A stretch of DNA of 64,000 nucleotides, taken from the NCBI GenBank assembly GCA_043228905.1, contig JBHGNT010000001.1, positions 22,816,001-22,880,000 on the forward strand, in the 5' to 3' direction. Positions within the stretch are counted from its first letter, which is position 1. The number at the start of each line of letters is the position of its first letter. Below are positions 1 through 12,825 of this stretch, in pieces. The translations under genes were made by a program, and so were the position numbers. The stretch is from Azolla caroliniana. Lineage: Eukaryota; Plantae; Polypodiophyta. Below the pieces are notes generated by a model, which saw only the letters and a program-made list of their open reading frames with translations, did not search any database and was not told where the DNA came from.

Positions 1-780
1 TCTGGAACATTCAAGAAACTTCAAGAGTACTCCTAAGAACACTACAAAAGGAGGCACAAGGCATTATTTTGAACCAAATCAGTTCAACATCAGTCTTAAG
101 CCTCCTAGCTACTATTGTATATTCCCTTAACATAATATATATTTTTTGTTATCCTCATTCTCTCTCTCCTTCTCTCAAGAGTTCTACACCTCCCTTAGTA
201 CTAATCCTCATCTTTTAGTACTAATTCCTTCTCTGTTTTAGTATTGTTCCTGACAGTACTTCTCTGTCTTAGTACTTCCCCTGACAACTCTAGCTTATTC
301 ATCTTGATAGAGAGATGATAGAAAGAAAAGATAAAGAAGATATAAAGATCTAAAACCACAAAGATCTATTAATCATGAAAGAAGGAAGAGAGAAAGAAGA
401 TACAACTACAAATATCTATTGATAAGAATTCAAACAACACAACATGAATTGGAAAGAAATCACCACAAGAAAGAGAATCTCCTACCACCTTACTCTTCTT
501 GCTTTATATAAAGTTCTCTTCCACTAGATAAGTTTCCCTTGCTTTCTTTTTTATGCTTTTTTTAGAGCTTTTCCATCTCCTATTCTTAGCTATGACACAA
601 CTATCTTCTAATCGTTATATCTCCCTCATCCAAGCTCCAAATTTAGAGCTTTAAAAAGCTACGGATAGATCTCTTCATAAGCTTTCTAACTCATATTTGA
701 ACATTATATTTGGCTTCCAAAAGAATGAGTTATGAGTGTTCGTTTTAGACTATATTTTGGTGACCCGCTTTTTTCTTCTT

Positions 781-1611
781 TTACTTTTCTCCACGTGTCT
801 TGCTTTTTGTCTGACTTATCCTCAAGACCTTGGTTCGTGATCTTGCCCTCCGGATGTGAACGCACCATACCTTATATTTTTGTAGTGTCCAATGACTTTC
901 ACACATCTGATCGGGATGTTGTTGAGCTTGTTCGCTCAACACTAGAAAAAAAAAAGCTACCTGAATCTTGTTTCTAATTGTTGTCATTGCCAACGTGACC
1001 TTACTTTTCATCGCAGCAACCAAAGTTGCTTTCTCTAAGGCAAACTTTGTTGCCTCCAATGTCTCACAAGCTTCATGAAAAATTTTCAACATATAGCTAA
1101 TCAATGTCTCACATGTATCATTGACATTTGCTTTCATGTTGTTTCTATGTGGTGTCTCCTTGCGGGTTTGCTGGGAATCGACAGTTGCATCATCAACTCT
1201 CATGCTCCAAAATTGCGCCATATTTTTTTGCAAGCTCCCCATCTTCTAGCATCGTTCTACTGATGCCTCACCTACAAGAGCCCAAGCTATCCTATACATT
1301 TCAGGGTTAGTTGCTTCCTTCGTTGTTTTGCAATACTCATTGGCAAAAGCTCTGGTGAATACAACGGACAATTCGTTGTTGACTAGGATCTCTTGATGTA
1401 CTTTTTGGTGGAGCCTCATGCAATCAACTCTAATCGTACATGCTTAAGCTTCACCTTACCTTTCACTTTGGGCACTTTATAGAGTGACAACCAATCTATA
1501 TCGCTAATTAAGTTATTTGTTACCACAGTAGGGTCAATACCCTCCAGTGATAGACCATATACGTGGTTTGAAGTCCTCCGTTGTCTCACAAAACTTGGCA
1601 AAGTTCAGCAC
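781..1611 (-). pseudogene. Degraded ORF of unknown, probably transposon-associated, protein; 3' part of a sequence split by the Gypsy insertion
   Basis: Stop/frameshift-broken minus-strand reading frames (1416-1601, 781-1242). Removing 1612-9686 joins WLVPPYPRVL to NFAKFCETTEDFKPRIWSITGG across the AGCAC target. No family recognised. Confidence 0.35.
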
Positions 1612-2066
1612 TATTAGAGATCTAAGTACTAAAGTAAGCTTAAGATAAGGATAAACAAATGATAGATAGAAAGGAGGAAGAGAAAGAAGGGTGCCGATCC
1701 ACCCGACCACCCCCGAGCGAAGGGATCGAGACGGACTCGAGCCTCGATCGGCGTCCCATACCACCGTCGTGGCGTCGAGTCGTACCTGGTGTTGGCGCAC
1801 TCGCTACAAGAGTTGACCCACCACAAGAGCAGAGTCTCGATGTAGTCAAAAGATCCTCAAATGAGGGTAGCTAGGCCTCTTATTTATAGCGATACCCAAG
1901 GCCCCCAGGCAAGTTCACACTTGACCTAATGGGTTGTCTCAATCCCGAGGATTAAAAGTAATCCTCCCCTTCTTTACACTCTCGTTTAACCCTCACACTT
2001 ATCCACGTGTATAGAATACTATGGTAAATTCTCACCACGGGATATTAAATGGTCATGCCCGTAACA
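1612..2066 (-). repeat. Gypsy LTR, extra outermost copy
   Basis: Near-identical to 2681-3135 and 9227-9681; directly abuts the left TSD. Confidence 0.95.
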
Positions 2067-2080
2067 TATTAAATGGTCAT

Positions 2081-2477
2081 CGTTTGGTTCAGATATGGGG
2101 AATCCAACCCACCGTAAGTGATCACACACCTACACGGTGCACTTGGCTGATGGAAGAGTACAATACATCAACGGGGCGATTCATTCATTAGGAATTTCTA
2201 TTGATACTTATATAGAGGAAGTAGACTTCCATGTAATGAATCTTTGTACCACCGATGTAATACTGGGTTATCCCTGGTTTTATAATAAAAACTCTTCTTT
2301 ATTTATTGATTGGGTTCGTCATTCCATTTCTTTTGTACTGAACGATTGTACGCATTTTATTCAATGTGTAAAAAAACAATCCCTCTCGATTGTTTCCTCA
2401 TGTCCATCAATATCCGAGTTGTCTTGTTCTACATTATTTTATTGTGTACTTGATCCGGACATTCACATTTACAATAT
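2081..2477 (+). repeat. Inverted copy of the element's own protease/RT-linker region (about 6054-6447)
   Basis: ORF 2137-2511 repeats the peptide [18 protein letters not shown]...DPDIHIYNI of minus-strand ORF 5299-6789. Confidence 0.95.
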
Positions 2478-2679
2478 TAGAGATCTAAATACTAAAGTAA
2501 GCTTAAGATAAGGATAAACAAATGATAGATAGAAAGGAGAAAGAGAAAGAAGGGTGCCGATCCACCCGACCAACCCCGAGCGAAGGGATCGAGACGGACT
2601 CGAGCCTCGATCGGCGTCCCATACCACCGCCGTGGTGTCGAGTCGTACCTGGTGTTGGCGCGCTCGCTACAAGAGTTGA
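2475..2679 (-). repeat. Partial Gypsy LTR (U5-side ~205 bp)
   Basis: Matches the first ~205 bp of the other LTR copies, then switches to a new LTR start at 2681. Confidence 0.9.
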
Positions 2680-2680
2680 A

Positions 2681-3135
2681 TATTAGAGATCTAAGTACTA
2701 AAGTAAGCTTAAGATAAGGATAAACAAATGATAGATAGAAAGGAGGAAGAGAACGAAGGATGTCGATCCACCCGACCACCCCCGAGCGAAGGGATCGAGA
2801 CGGACTCGAGCCTCAATCGGCGTCCCATACCACCGTCGTGGCGTCGAGTCGTACCTGGTGCTGGCGCGCTCGCTACAAGAGTTGACCCACCACAAGAGCA
2901 GAGTCTCGATGTAGTCAAAAGATGATCAAATGAGGGTAGCTAGGCCTCTTATTTATAGCGATACCCAAGGCCCCCAGGCAAGTTCACACTTGACCTAATG
3001 GGTTGTCTCAATCCCGAGGATTAAAAGTAATCCTCCCCTTCTTTACACTCTCGTTTAACCCTCACACTTATCCACGTGTATAGAATACTACGGTAAATTC
3101 TCACCACGGGATATTAAATGGTCATGCCCGTAACA
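2681..3135 (-). repeat. Gypsy 3' LTR
   Basis: Followed on the + strand by ta-ctccccctcttta, the reverse complement of a polypurine tract. Confidence 0.95.
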
Positions 3136-3169
3136 TACTCCCCCTCTTTAAAACATTGCACTCTTGCAA

Positions 3170-6100
3170 TGGAAAGTTAGGGAAATTAGTTCTGAGAGTA
3201 TTTTCGCGTTCCCATGTGGCATCTTTTATTGATTTATCCATCCATTTTATTTTAAATTCTCAGATTTCTTCAGTACGTAATTTTTTTGTTTTAACATCGA
3301 GAATTCTTTCTGGTACATGTGGTTTAGAAGATAATTCTTCAGAAGTAACCAGAGTTTCAGTTGTAATTGTATTGTCGCCACAACCTAGAAGTTCTTTTAG
3401 ACGACTCACATGAAAGACTGGATGAATTCCGACACCATCGGGAAGAGCGAGACGATAGGCTGATGACCCAATGCGTTTGAGGAATGTAAAAGGTCCACAA
3501 AACCGTGGGGCTAACTTAGCGCACTTACCCATAGACAATGTCTTAGAATTGTGAGGTACATGTAAAAATACCTTCTGTCCAAGGTTGAATACACGAGGTT
3601 GCCTATGATGATCGGCATAAAAACGCGCTCTATCTTGAGCTGTTTTTATATTATCTCGTGCAATATGCAACATATCTTGCATATCCCGAAGAAAGTTTTG
3701 CGTACTTCGCAACTCATCATGATGTATATTAACATCAATCGGGGCTCGTGGCTGAAAACCATACATCAACATAAAAGGACTATATCCCGTCGACGTATGC
3801 TTGGAGCTGTTATAAGCAAACTCCAAAATTGGGAGATAACATTCCCATTTTGTTGGTTTTGCACCAACGTATGCTCGAAGCATGTCCTCAATAATTTGAT
3901 TTACTCATTCTGTCTGTCCATCGGATTGAGGATGATCCGTGGAGCTCATGCTCAACGTAGTTTCTAACTTCTTAAAGACTTGTGTCCAGAAGTCACTACT
4001 AAACTTTGGATCTCAATCACTCACGATATCCATCGGTAACCCATAAAAATGAAACAATTCGTCCACAAATTGGTAAGCCAATTCATGAGCTGTTACCGTG
4101 GTTTTAGTAGCAATAAATCTGGCCATTTTAGTTAGTCGATCAACGACAACCCAGATGACATCATGACCTTTTTGGGTGCGAGGAAGGCTAACAATAAAAT
4201 CTATGGATATACTTTCCCACTTATTATTGGGAATGTCCAAGGGATGTAAAAGTCCTGCGGCTTTAAGTTGCTCGGCTTTGTTAACTTGACACTGGTGACA
4301 TTTAGTCGCATAGCTATGTATGTCAGGACGCATCTTAGGCCAATAAAATTGAGTGGAGATGAGAACGAGTGTACGATGTATTCCAGGGTGCCCTGCTGAG
4401 GGTGCATCATGGCATTCAAAAAGAATCCTCTTTTTGACCTCGGGTAAATCTGGAACACAAACCTTCCCATTACGGTAGAGCAAACCGTTAACAATGTGGA
4501 AGTATTCCTTCAAGGATGTGGTGGTGTCTGTTCCAGACTCAACTCTTGCCCAGTATTTTGCGAAATAACTATCATCAAGATACTTTCCTCGAAGGTGATC
4601 ATAAAGATCTGATGATATTTCAGTGAAGCTAAGCGTGTTAACTTCACGGATGCGACTTAGTGCATCAGCGACAGTGTTCATGGAACCTTTACGATATCGT
4701 ATGGAAAAATCAAAGTCCTGGATGAGATCAGCCCATCGTGCCTTACGACCTTTTAGGTCTTGTTGGTCACAAAAATATTTCAAGGACTCGTGGTCCGTAG
4801 TTACCACAAAGCGATTTCCATAAAGATAATGGCGCCATGTTTTGAGCGCATGTATAACTGCAAATAATTCCTTTTCTTGAATGGTATACCGACATTGAGC
4901 AGAATCAAGTTTCTTACTCTCGAATGTTATTGGTTTACCATCTTGATACAAGACAGCACCTATAGCATAATCACTTGCATTGGTTTCAACCTCAAAAGTT
5001 TTTGAAGGATCAGGTAAAAGAAGTGAAGGAGCCTTGCAAACCAGGTCCTTGAGTTCCTTAAAGGCGAGGTCTAGTGTAGCATTCCACACAATAGGTTTTG
5101 TAGACTTACGCGTTTAACCTTTTAAAAGATCAGTAAACAGCGTCGTCAATTGGGAGTAATTACGAAGAGACTTTCGCAAAAACCCGACAAAACCAAGGAA
5201 TGATCGAACTTCTCGAATATTCCGAAGAGTGGGCCAAAGCTTGATTTTCTCAATGCGAGAAGGATCAATTTCAACTCCTCGTTCGGTTATGAGATGTCCT
5301 AGATAAGTAATTGATTTCTTGAAGAACTCACTTTTTGAGATCTTCGCATAAAACTGTTTGTCACGCAATGTTTGTAAAACAAAGCGGACATGTCTAGCAT
5401 GTTCTTGTAATTACGGCTATAAACTAAAATATCATCCAAGAAAATAACGACAAATTTTCCAAGTTGTTCTCGGAAAATGTCATTCATTTCTTGTTGAAAT
5501 GTAGCCGGAGCATTGGTCAAACCAAAAGGCATAACCAAAAACTCGTAATGGCCATAGCGCGTACGAAATGCGGTTTTAGGAACATCATCCTCACTTATTC
5601 GTATTTGATGGTAGCCAGTACGGAGATCAAGTTTCGTAAAATACCGAGCTCCTTGGAGACGGTCAATTAGATCGTCAGCCCGGGGCAATGGGTACGAATT
5701 CTTGATCGTCACTTTATTCAAGCGTCGATAATTAATACACATACGCCATGTGCCCTCTTTCTTTTTAACCAAGAGAACTGGTGCACCCCATGGAGATTTA
5801 CTATAACGTATATAACCCATTCGTAAATAGTCCTTGAGTTGCTTAGACACCTCATCTTCTTCGGATCGACTTAAGCGATACGGAGGTATACTTATTGGTG
5901 CAACACTAGGTACAATATCTATACGATGGTCTATATTTCGTTTAGGAGGTAACCCATCAGGTAGTTCACTTGGAAAAACATCATGAAAATCATTTAAGAT
6001 TTCATCAAGTTGTTGTTGTTCAAAATATGTTAATTGAACCAGAACATTATCGATATTGTAAATGTGAATGTCCGGATCAAGTACACAATAAAATAATGTA

Positions 6101-7554
6101 GAACAAGACAACTCGGATATTGATGGACACGAGGAAACAATCGAGAGGGATTGTTTTTTTACACATTGAATAAAATGCGTACAATCATTCAGTACAAAAG
6201 AAATGGAATGACGAACCCAATCAATAAATAAAGAAGAGTTTTTATTATAAAACCAGGGATAACCCAGTATTACATCGGTGGTACAAAGATTCATTACATG
6301 GAAGTCTACTTCCTCTATATAAGTATCAATAGAAATTCCTAATGAATGAATCGCCCCGTTGATGTATTGTACTCTTCCATCAGCCAAGTGCACCATGTAG
6401 GTGTGATCACTTACGGTGGGTTGGATTCCCCATATCTGAACCAAACGATCGTTCACAAAATTTTGTGAGCTTCCCGAATCAAATAAAAAGTGTACGGGAG
6501 ATCCATTGATATACCCGTTTGCACGTAGTAAATCATTGGGACCCAATACATATTGAGGGAAAGAACATTGACAATTACTTAAATGATGTGTATAGACTTG
6601 AAGGACATTAGGAATCTGACCTTTATGGTCTGCAGCTTTAGCTTTGTTGTCGTGCTCTTTCCGTTGGAGCTTTCGACATTGATCTTTTGTATGACCCTTC
6701 TTTTTGCAAAATACACAAAAAGGATGTTGTCGCTTACAATCGTGATCCAGGAATTCGTTGGGTGTCTTGCGTTTCCCAACAAATTGCAACTACTTAGTCC
6801 CGGGCGCTTTGTTGGGTTTGTTATGGTCCTTCTTCGAAGTGCGTTGATAGCGAAGAACTATTTCAACGGCCTCTTCGAAGGAATTTGGATCCTTATCGTG
6901 CACTATCCAGTGATAGTCCGAATTGGGGATGCCATTGACAAAACAAGCTATCAACCAATTGTCCCCTTCTAGACCCGATTTTTGGATTTGGGTTCTAGCA
7001 TGGTGAATATAGTCTTCTAGCGAGGAAAATTTCCTGCTAGAGAGGTTCATTAAAGCTTGTGCTGCCTCGGTTCGAGAGGGAGGTTGCAGAAATTGGCCCT
7101 TAAAAACCGTGACAAAATCTGTCCAGGTATCGGGCAATTTCCCCATAGTACGGAGCCCACGCCACTAGGCGGCGGCCTTACCCCCGAGTTCTCGGCCGAC
7201 ATATGCAATCTTTGTACTATCTGGCGTGGGATAGAGCTCAAAATGAGACTCCCATCGTCCCAGCCATGTGCAGATTGCTTCTTCGGTTCTTTCCTTTTTG
7301 TCTCCCGTAAATGGCTTAACAACAAATGATGGTTCACCTTGTCGCTCATAAGGTCTATTAGTCTCACGTTGTAGACTAATGACACGTGCCTCAAGAGCAC
7401 TCTGAGATTGCCGAAGTTCGGTCATCTGTTGAGCGGTGAAACTAAGGTATTGGGTTATTTGTGCCAAATACATCTCAGTGGACATTTGTCCAGGAGGATT
7501 CCCTTGAGTTCCTTCCGCTTGAGCGGATGACATCGGGTCGTTAATTTGAGCCAT
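3170..7554 (-). pseudogene. Gypsy gag-pol with stops/frameshifts: gag (CCHC), protease, RT, RNase H, integrase, chromodomain
   Basis: [14 protein letters not shown] knuckle; FDSGS protease; FLDD RT; ETNASDYAIGAVL RNase H; HHCC plus SIDF integrase; GPF motif; PERILDVK...EFKIKW...DATWE chromodomain after a premature stop at 3260. Confidence 0.93.
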
Positions 7555-9226
7555 TAAAGATTATTTCTGGAAAAGAAATAGGATAAGGTCAGAGAGATAG
7601 TCATAACATCATATCGTGATGTAAACATATCATGGGCAAACATTAATCGATATCATGATCTCACATCAATACCCCTCTAGACGTATGAGATGAGGTTCAA
7701 GATCAGGTTACTATGGTAACACAAAGGTGTTTTAAAAACCATGGGGGTGACAAATAAATGTCTTTCCCTGATCTCTATATTGATTTTTTCATGGTGGCTC
7801 CCCGAGGCTCAACCATGTATGTTCGCGTCATGAATAGTCTATACACGAAAAAAATGTTAACAATAAACTATGTTTCGGTGCCCACATATGTGGTTTCGGC
7901 TCTTTAAGTCCTATTACGAGGACCCCGAGGTGCACTTAGACCTTAAGTCTAAACATGTGTTACAGTCATATGTATCAAGGATGTTGTATGGTCTTGGTCA
8001 TATTTGAACTCGAGACCTCGAGAACAAATACATTAAACACTTGAGCCAACCAAGTAAGTTGCTCTTCTTGAATGCTTGATGTTTGATGCGTATAAGAGAT
8101 ATGCGAGACAATTGATCATATATGTTTTTTTAAAAAGAACATATATGTCAAGGGTCCTTCTTTTGCCCTCATTTACCAAAACTATGTTGGTACGTTACCT
8201 AACCTCAAGTCTCGTAATTACGATGGCATACACCAAAGTGCAACCTAATGGTCAAGCCAAATGAGCCCTCGTTTCGTAGTAGGCTCACGTGGGCCATCAC
8301 ATGGTCACATCATTACGAATGCCTCTCGTAAGAACGAGCTCATGGTGGCATCGTATCCATGTAATGAGGGAGGGATGTTGGATAAGTGCGTCATTGGAGC
8401 GACCTCACTTGAAGTGGGTCAAGCCCTACGTACTCAACATCATTATGGCTATTGGCGTTTCTTTACGTAACGAAATCGAGGTCATCAACGGGGTTATCAA
8501 CAATAAAAAATTGTTGAAAAAGGGATGGTGACAATGCTATTCTCACAAAAATGTGAGGACGGCCACCAACATCCTTTTCCCGACAAGGACAACTTTCGAT
8601 ATAATCACGTAATAACGAATATACACATATGTTTACTTATCACATATATACGATCAAATACGTATATATGTGACCACATATGCCTATATTAAACATATCG
8701 TTATATTAAATAGCCACAAATGATGTGATCGAGATACGTAATTGAGGTATATACCTCTACGCACACGAAACATCCGCAAATAAGAGATCATCGTAATACG
8801 CAATTGAGGTATTGACCTCTTACGCATACGAGACCAAACGCATATCCTTTACAACAAATCAAGGTCTTAAACTCATACGCAAACGTAATAAGTAATTGAG
8901 GTATTAACCTCGTACGCATACGACACTCATCACATATTATTAATATGTCAAACGAGGTATTGACCTCGTGCACATATGTAAACGTTTTAGATAATCAATT
9001 AAAGACCACTACAACATCATTAACTTAATGAAAAAAAAAAGACATATAAACTAAACACATGATTAGATGGGAGAAGAGAGAATAGAAAAAAAATTTATGG
9101 AAAGAGTTACCGAAGTTCTTTGTTGATCGTTGTCTGGATCAAGGCCGACCGCACATCGATTGATCAGCATCAATCAAAAGACAAATGAAAAACAAAGAAA
9201 CATTAGTACATAGCTCTGATACCAAA

Positions 9227-9681
9227 TATTAGATATCTAAGTACTAAAGTAAGCTTAAGATAAGGATAAACAAATGATAGATAGAAAGGAGGAAGAGAAA
9301 GAAGGGTGCCGATCCACCCGACCACCCCCGAGCGAAGGGATCGAGACGGACTCGAGCCTCGATCGGCGTCCCATACCACCGCCGTGGCGTCGAGTCGTAC
9401 CTGGTGTTGGCGCGCTCGCTACAAGAGTTGACCCACCACAAGAGCAGAGTCTCGATGTAGTCAAAAGATGATCAAATGAGGGTAGCTAGGCCTCTTATTT
9501 ATAGCGATACCCAAGGCCCCCAGGCAAGTTCACACTTGACCTAATGGGTTGTCTCAATCCCGAGGATTAAAAGTAATCCTCCCCTTCTTTACACTCTCGT
9601 TTAACCCTCACACTTATCCACGTGTATAGAATACTACGGTAAATTCTCACCACGGGATATTAAATGGTCATGCCCGTAACA
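9227..9681 (-). repeat. Gypsy 5' LTR
   Basis: Separated from the PBS by a 2-bp spacer (aa on +); right end abuts TSD AGCAC. Confidence 0.95.
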
Positions 9682-9824
9682 AGCACCCTAGGATAGGGAG
9701 GAACGAGCCACCTGAAATAAAAAATCAATACATGTTACCTCTGCTCTGCTAGGACATGTGTATTTAGAATCATAATTAGTAGGGAAGAATCAAAAATAAA
9801 AACTCAGACACATGCATCAAAATC

Positions 9825-10315
9825 CAAAATCAAGTTTGGGGGAAATTTATAGACAAACAGGCAGTGTAATCATAAATGTGTATTGATGCAAAATTTCAAC
9901 CCTAAATAAGAAATTTACAGAAATCAACCGCTTAAAGAAATTAGAAACCCTAATAAAAAATCAAGTTTGGGGGAAATTTACAAACAAATAGACATTGTAA
10001 TCAGAAATGTGTATTAATGCAGTTTTTCAACCCTAATAAGAAATTTCCAACCCAAAATCAGAAAATTTCAACCCTAATCAAAAATCAAGTTTGGGGTAAC
10101 TTTACAAATAGACAGACCTTATAATCAGAATTGTGTATTGATGCAAATTTCATTTATAATAAAAAATCAGAAACCCTAATAAAATATCAAGTTTGGGGGA
10201 AATTTACAAACAAATCAACATTGTAATCAGAATTCTGTATTGATGCAAATTTCATTTGTAATAAAAAATCAACCCTAATCTGAAATGTGTACGAAATCAA
10301 CCCTAATCAGAAATT
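9825..10315. repeat. Degenerate tandem array, about 4 units of 100-130 bp, with AACCCTAA motifs
   Basis: Recurring AATCAAGTTTGGGGG...ATTGTAATCAGAAATGTGTATTGATGCA blocks at ~9828, 9959, 10084, 10186. Confidence 0.8.
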
Positions 10316-10867
10316 TTGACAATAAAAAACACACCTGCTGCTACACCTTGATTTTCGCAACATCCTTGTCTGGGACTCCAAGGACCGCCCTAATCGTTTT
10401 TTGTAAAAGATGAACAAGCAAGACAGTTATCAGAAAGGAAAAAAATAAGATTTTTGAAAGCATGTAATGTGTAACTGATGCATACCCTGACAAGGATCGA
10501 ACTGGTGGTGTGTTGGTGCTCTAAAGGTGCAATGTCGATATCAAAGTTTTTGTGTTGTTGCGGGAGCTTCGTCTGCGTTCGTGCTCAGAGTACTCCATCC
10601 GTTTGGAATTCGAACTCAAACTCAGGATTAGCAAGACTTTGCTAACATTCAAGTCAAGTTTAGATAAGGGCATTGTTCCCCAGGTTCCACTACATCAAAA
10701 ACCAAAGTTCAAATTTTTTAGTATTCCCATAAATTACCTATTCACCATAATAAATGACATGTATTTACGTAATAACGCAAAAGAAAATCATAAATGATCC
10801 TTAAGATTTGCCCATGAAAAATTAGCTAAACAAATAGCTAAATAGCTATAATAGTGTTTCCATTCCC

Positions 10868-11931
10868 ATGCTTTTACCCGGGAATAAAGTGATTCCGATC
10901 AACTCTGTCACTATATACACCGCCATCGACGAATACGAGCAAGGTGTTGCGGTAAATGAGGTCGAAGTCAATACTAAGTACAGGACTATGGAGAAAGTAA
11001 AGCATGTGTCTGCCCCCCTGCCTAAAGACAGTTGGCAGCGGATGAAGGAGGTAGCGACAGATTCGTATCTTAGAGACCCGAGAGGGATAGGACACACCTT
11101 CACTGATGAAACCAGAAAGAAGCTCAAGATTGGTGGGGGTGAGTTCCTACTTCCCGAAGAGGAGTCCAAATTTAGAGAAATGTTGGGATGACTTGGAAAA
11201 GCCTTTGCTTTTTCCCTGAAAGAGATAGGATGTGTGGGCCCTACGCTCGTGGAGCCGATGATTATTTTCACAATACCTCATGTGCCATGGAACTTGAAAC
11301 CAATTCCAGTTCCAAGAGCACATATCCCAAAATTATTAGAATTATTGAAAGAGAAAGTCGGGATGGGAATCCTAGATCCATCAAATGCACCTTATTCAAA
11401 TAGGTGGTTCACAATGCTGAAGAAAAATGGGACACTTCAATTCATTCAAGATCTTCAATTCGTAATGCGGGGGTTAAACCTACTATCGATGAGTTTGATG
11501 AAGCTTTTGTGGGAAGATTGATATACTCGATCGAAGACTTGTATTCCGGCTTTGACCAATTTCAATTATCTCTAGATAGTCGGGACATCACGATGATGTG
11601 AACTCCCATCGTGTTACTAAGGATATGTACACTGCCGCAAGGAGCAACCAACTCGGTGGCTCCCATGATGAATGCCATGAATAAAGTGCTGGGAGATTGT
11701 ATCCCATATATCACAATGCCTTTCCTCAATGTTATTCCTATAAAGGGGTGTCCTGAATCAGAGAAGAACGAATCTTTAGATCAAGACGGGTGCAAAGGCT
11801 TTGTTATAGACCATAGCAGAGACTCTGAGATGGTGCTACAAAGACTAGAAGGTGCAATGCTAACATTTTCTAGAGACAAATCGGCTTTTTTGGAGAACCG
11901 ATGCAACCAAAGTGAGACTCATAGAGGGTAA
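10868..11931 (+). pseudogene. Degenerate Gypsy RT fragment, non-chromoviral (Phygy-like)
   Basis: TIPHVPWNLKPIPVPRA, SNAPYSNRWF, DLYSGFDQ, LPQGATNS motifs; the catalytic motif reads PFLNVIPIKG; several frameshifts. Confidence 0.75.
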
Positions 11932-11959
11932 GTGTATGGAATGAGATTGAGAAGATTCA

Positions 11960-12720
11960 AAACATGCTTTTTAAGGAGACAATTGGGGGTTAAATTCACC
12001 GCCTCCTACCAGGTTATTGACTTTGAAATAAGTTTTCGATCTATAGAGATACTAACACTATAGAGAGTCTATAAATACATTACAAAAGTCAAGAATATGC
12101 CAAATCATAGATTACCACATCTTGTTGGATTGTTGAATGTAAGTTACAAAAGAATCACAAGTGCGGAATTTTCTCGTATGGTTGGCTAATTGGCATCAGG
12201 AAATGGTTCAAAGGATGAGGTGTGGAAGATCTCTTAATAGAGCTTTCAAGTAATATTATGGAATATGTAGTTATTGAGGAAAGAATAGTGGAACCACTAA
12301 GGAAGAAGTGGGAAGATGTTAGAAGGACAAAATTAGAATATTACATTGCAAACATCAACCTAAATGTTGGATTCTGTACGGAGTAAGAATGGCTATTAAT
12401 CGTATTCAACCTGATTTCATTGCTAACATGAGTATTAACTCTCTTAGAGCCCTCACATTCATTCACATTTGATCATACAAACTAGGTATTGAAGTTTTAA
12501 TTTTGGCATCAAATGCAATGTATGTGAGGAAGAGCTAGTCGAGGGTGAATTAAACTTGCATATTTACACACTCAACATATATTGCAATTTATTTATGCTA
12601 TGATGAAATATTAAGAGTTGAGGATGACTTGTGTGCCACACTAAAGAGAACACTTAGAAGGTTGAGTTGTAGAGAGGGAAATGTTGCTAACTAAAAAATG
12701 CACGAGATTGCATAGTTTTA
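11960..12720 (+). mobile_element. LINE 3' remnant; empty-site paralogue of the sequence split at 23321/42626
   Basis: 12000-12083 aligns with 23238-23321 and 12076-12440 with 42626-43015; decayed LINE-like peptides (MPNHRLPHL, IRKWF, LEYYIANIN). Confidence 0.7.
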
Positions 12721-12825
12721 AAAGATATTACTTCCACTAGGATGACTAGAAAGGGCAAGAAGGGAATGGGGGAATGGCCTATTAAGGGTAACATAAGGAC
12801 TAACCAACAAAGGAGCATTTATATG

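Larger units (their letters stand above)
1612..9681 (-). mobile_element. Ty3/Gypsy chromovirus LTR retrotransposon, composite with extra LTRs, defective
   Basis: 5-bp TSD AGCAC at 1607-1611 and 9682-9686; 455-bp LTRs; PBS TGGTATCAGAGC (Met-i type) at 9213-9224; PPT next to the 2681-3135 LTR; domain order gag-PR-RT-RH-IN-chromodomain. Confidence 0.95.

Noticed and set aside
1-770. Possible LTR with PBS-like TGGTGACCCG near 758
   Set aside because: No partner LTR, clear terminus or TSD within the window.
1629-2925. Repeated small ORFs (MWWVNSC..., MTTSRLC..., MIDRKEE...), also at 9244-9471
   Set aside because: They recur only because they lie within LTR copies; no evidence of coding function.
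9895-10310. AACCCTAA motifs as interstitial telomere
   Set aside because: Motifs are single and dispersed in a larger repeat unit, not tandem TTTAGGG arrays.
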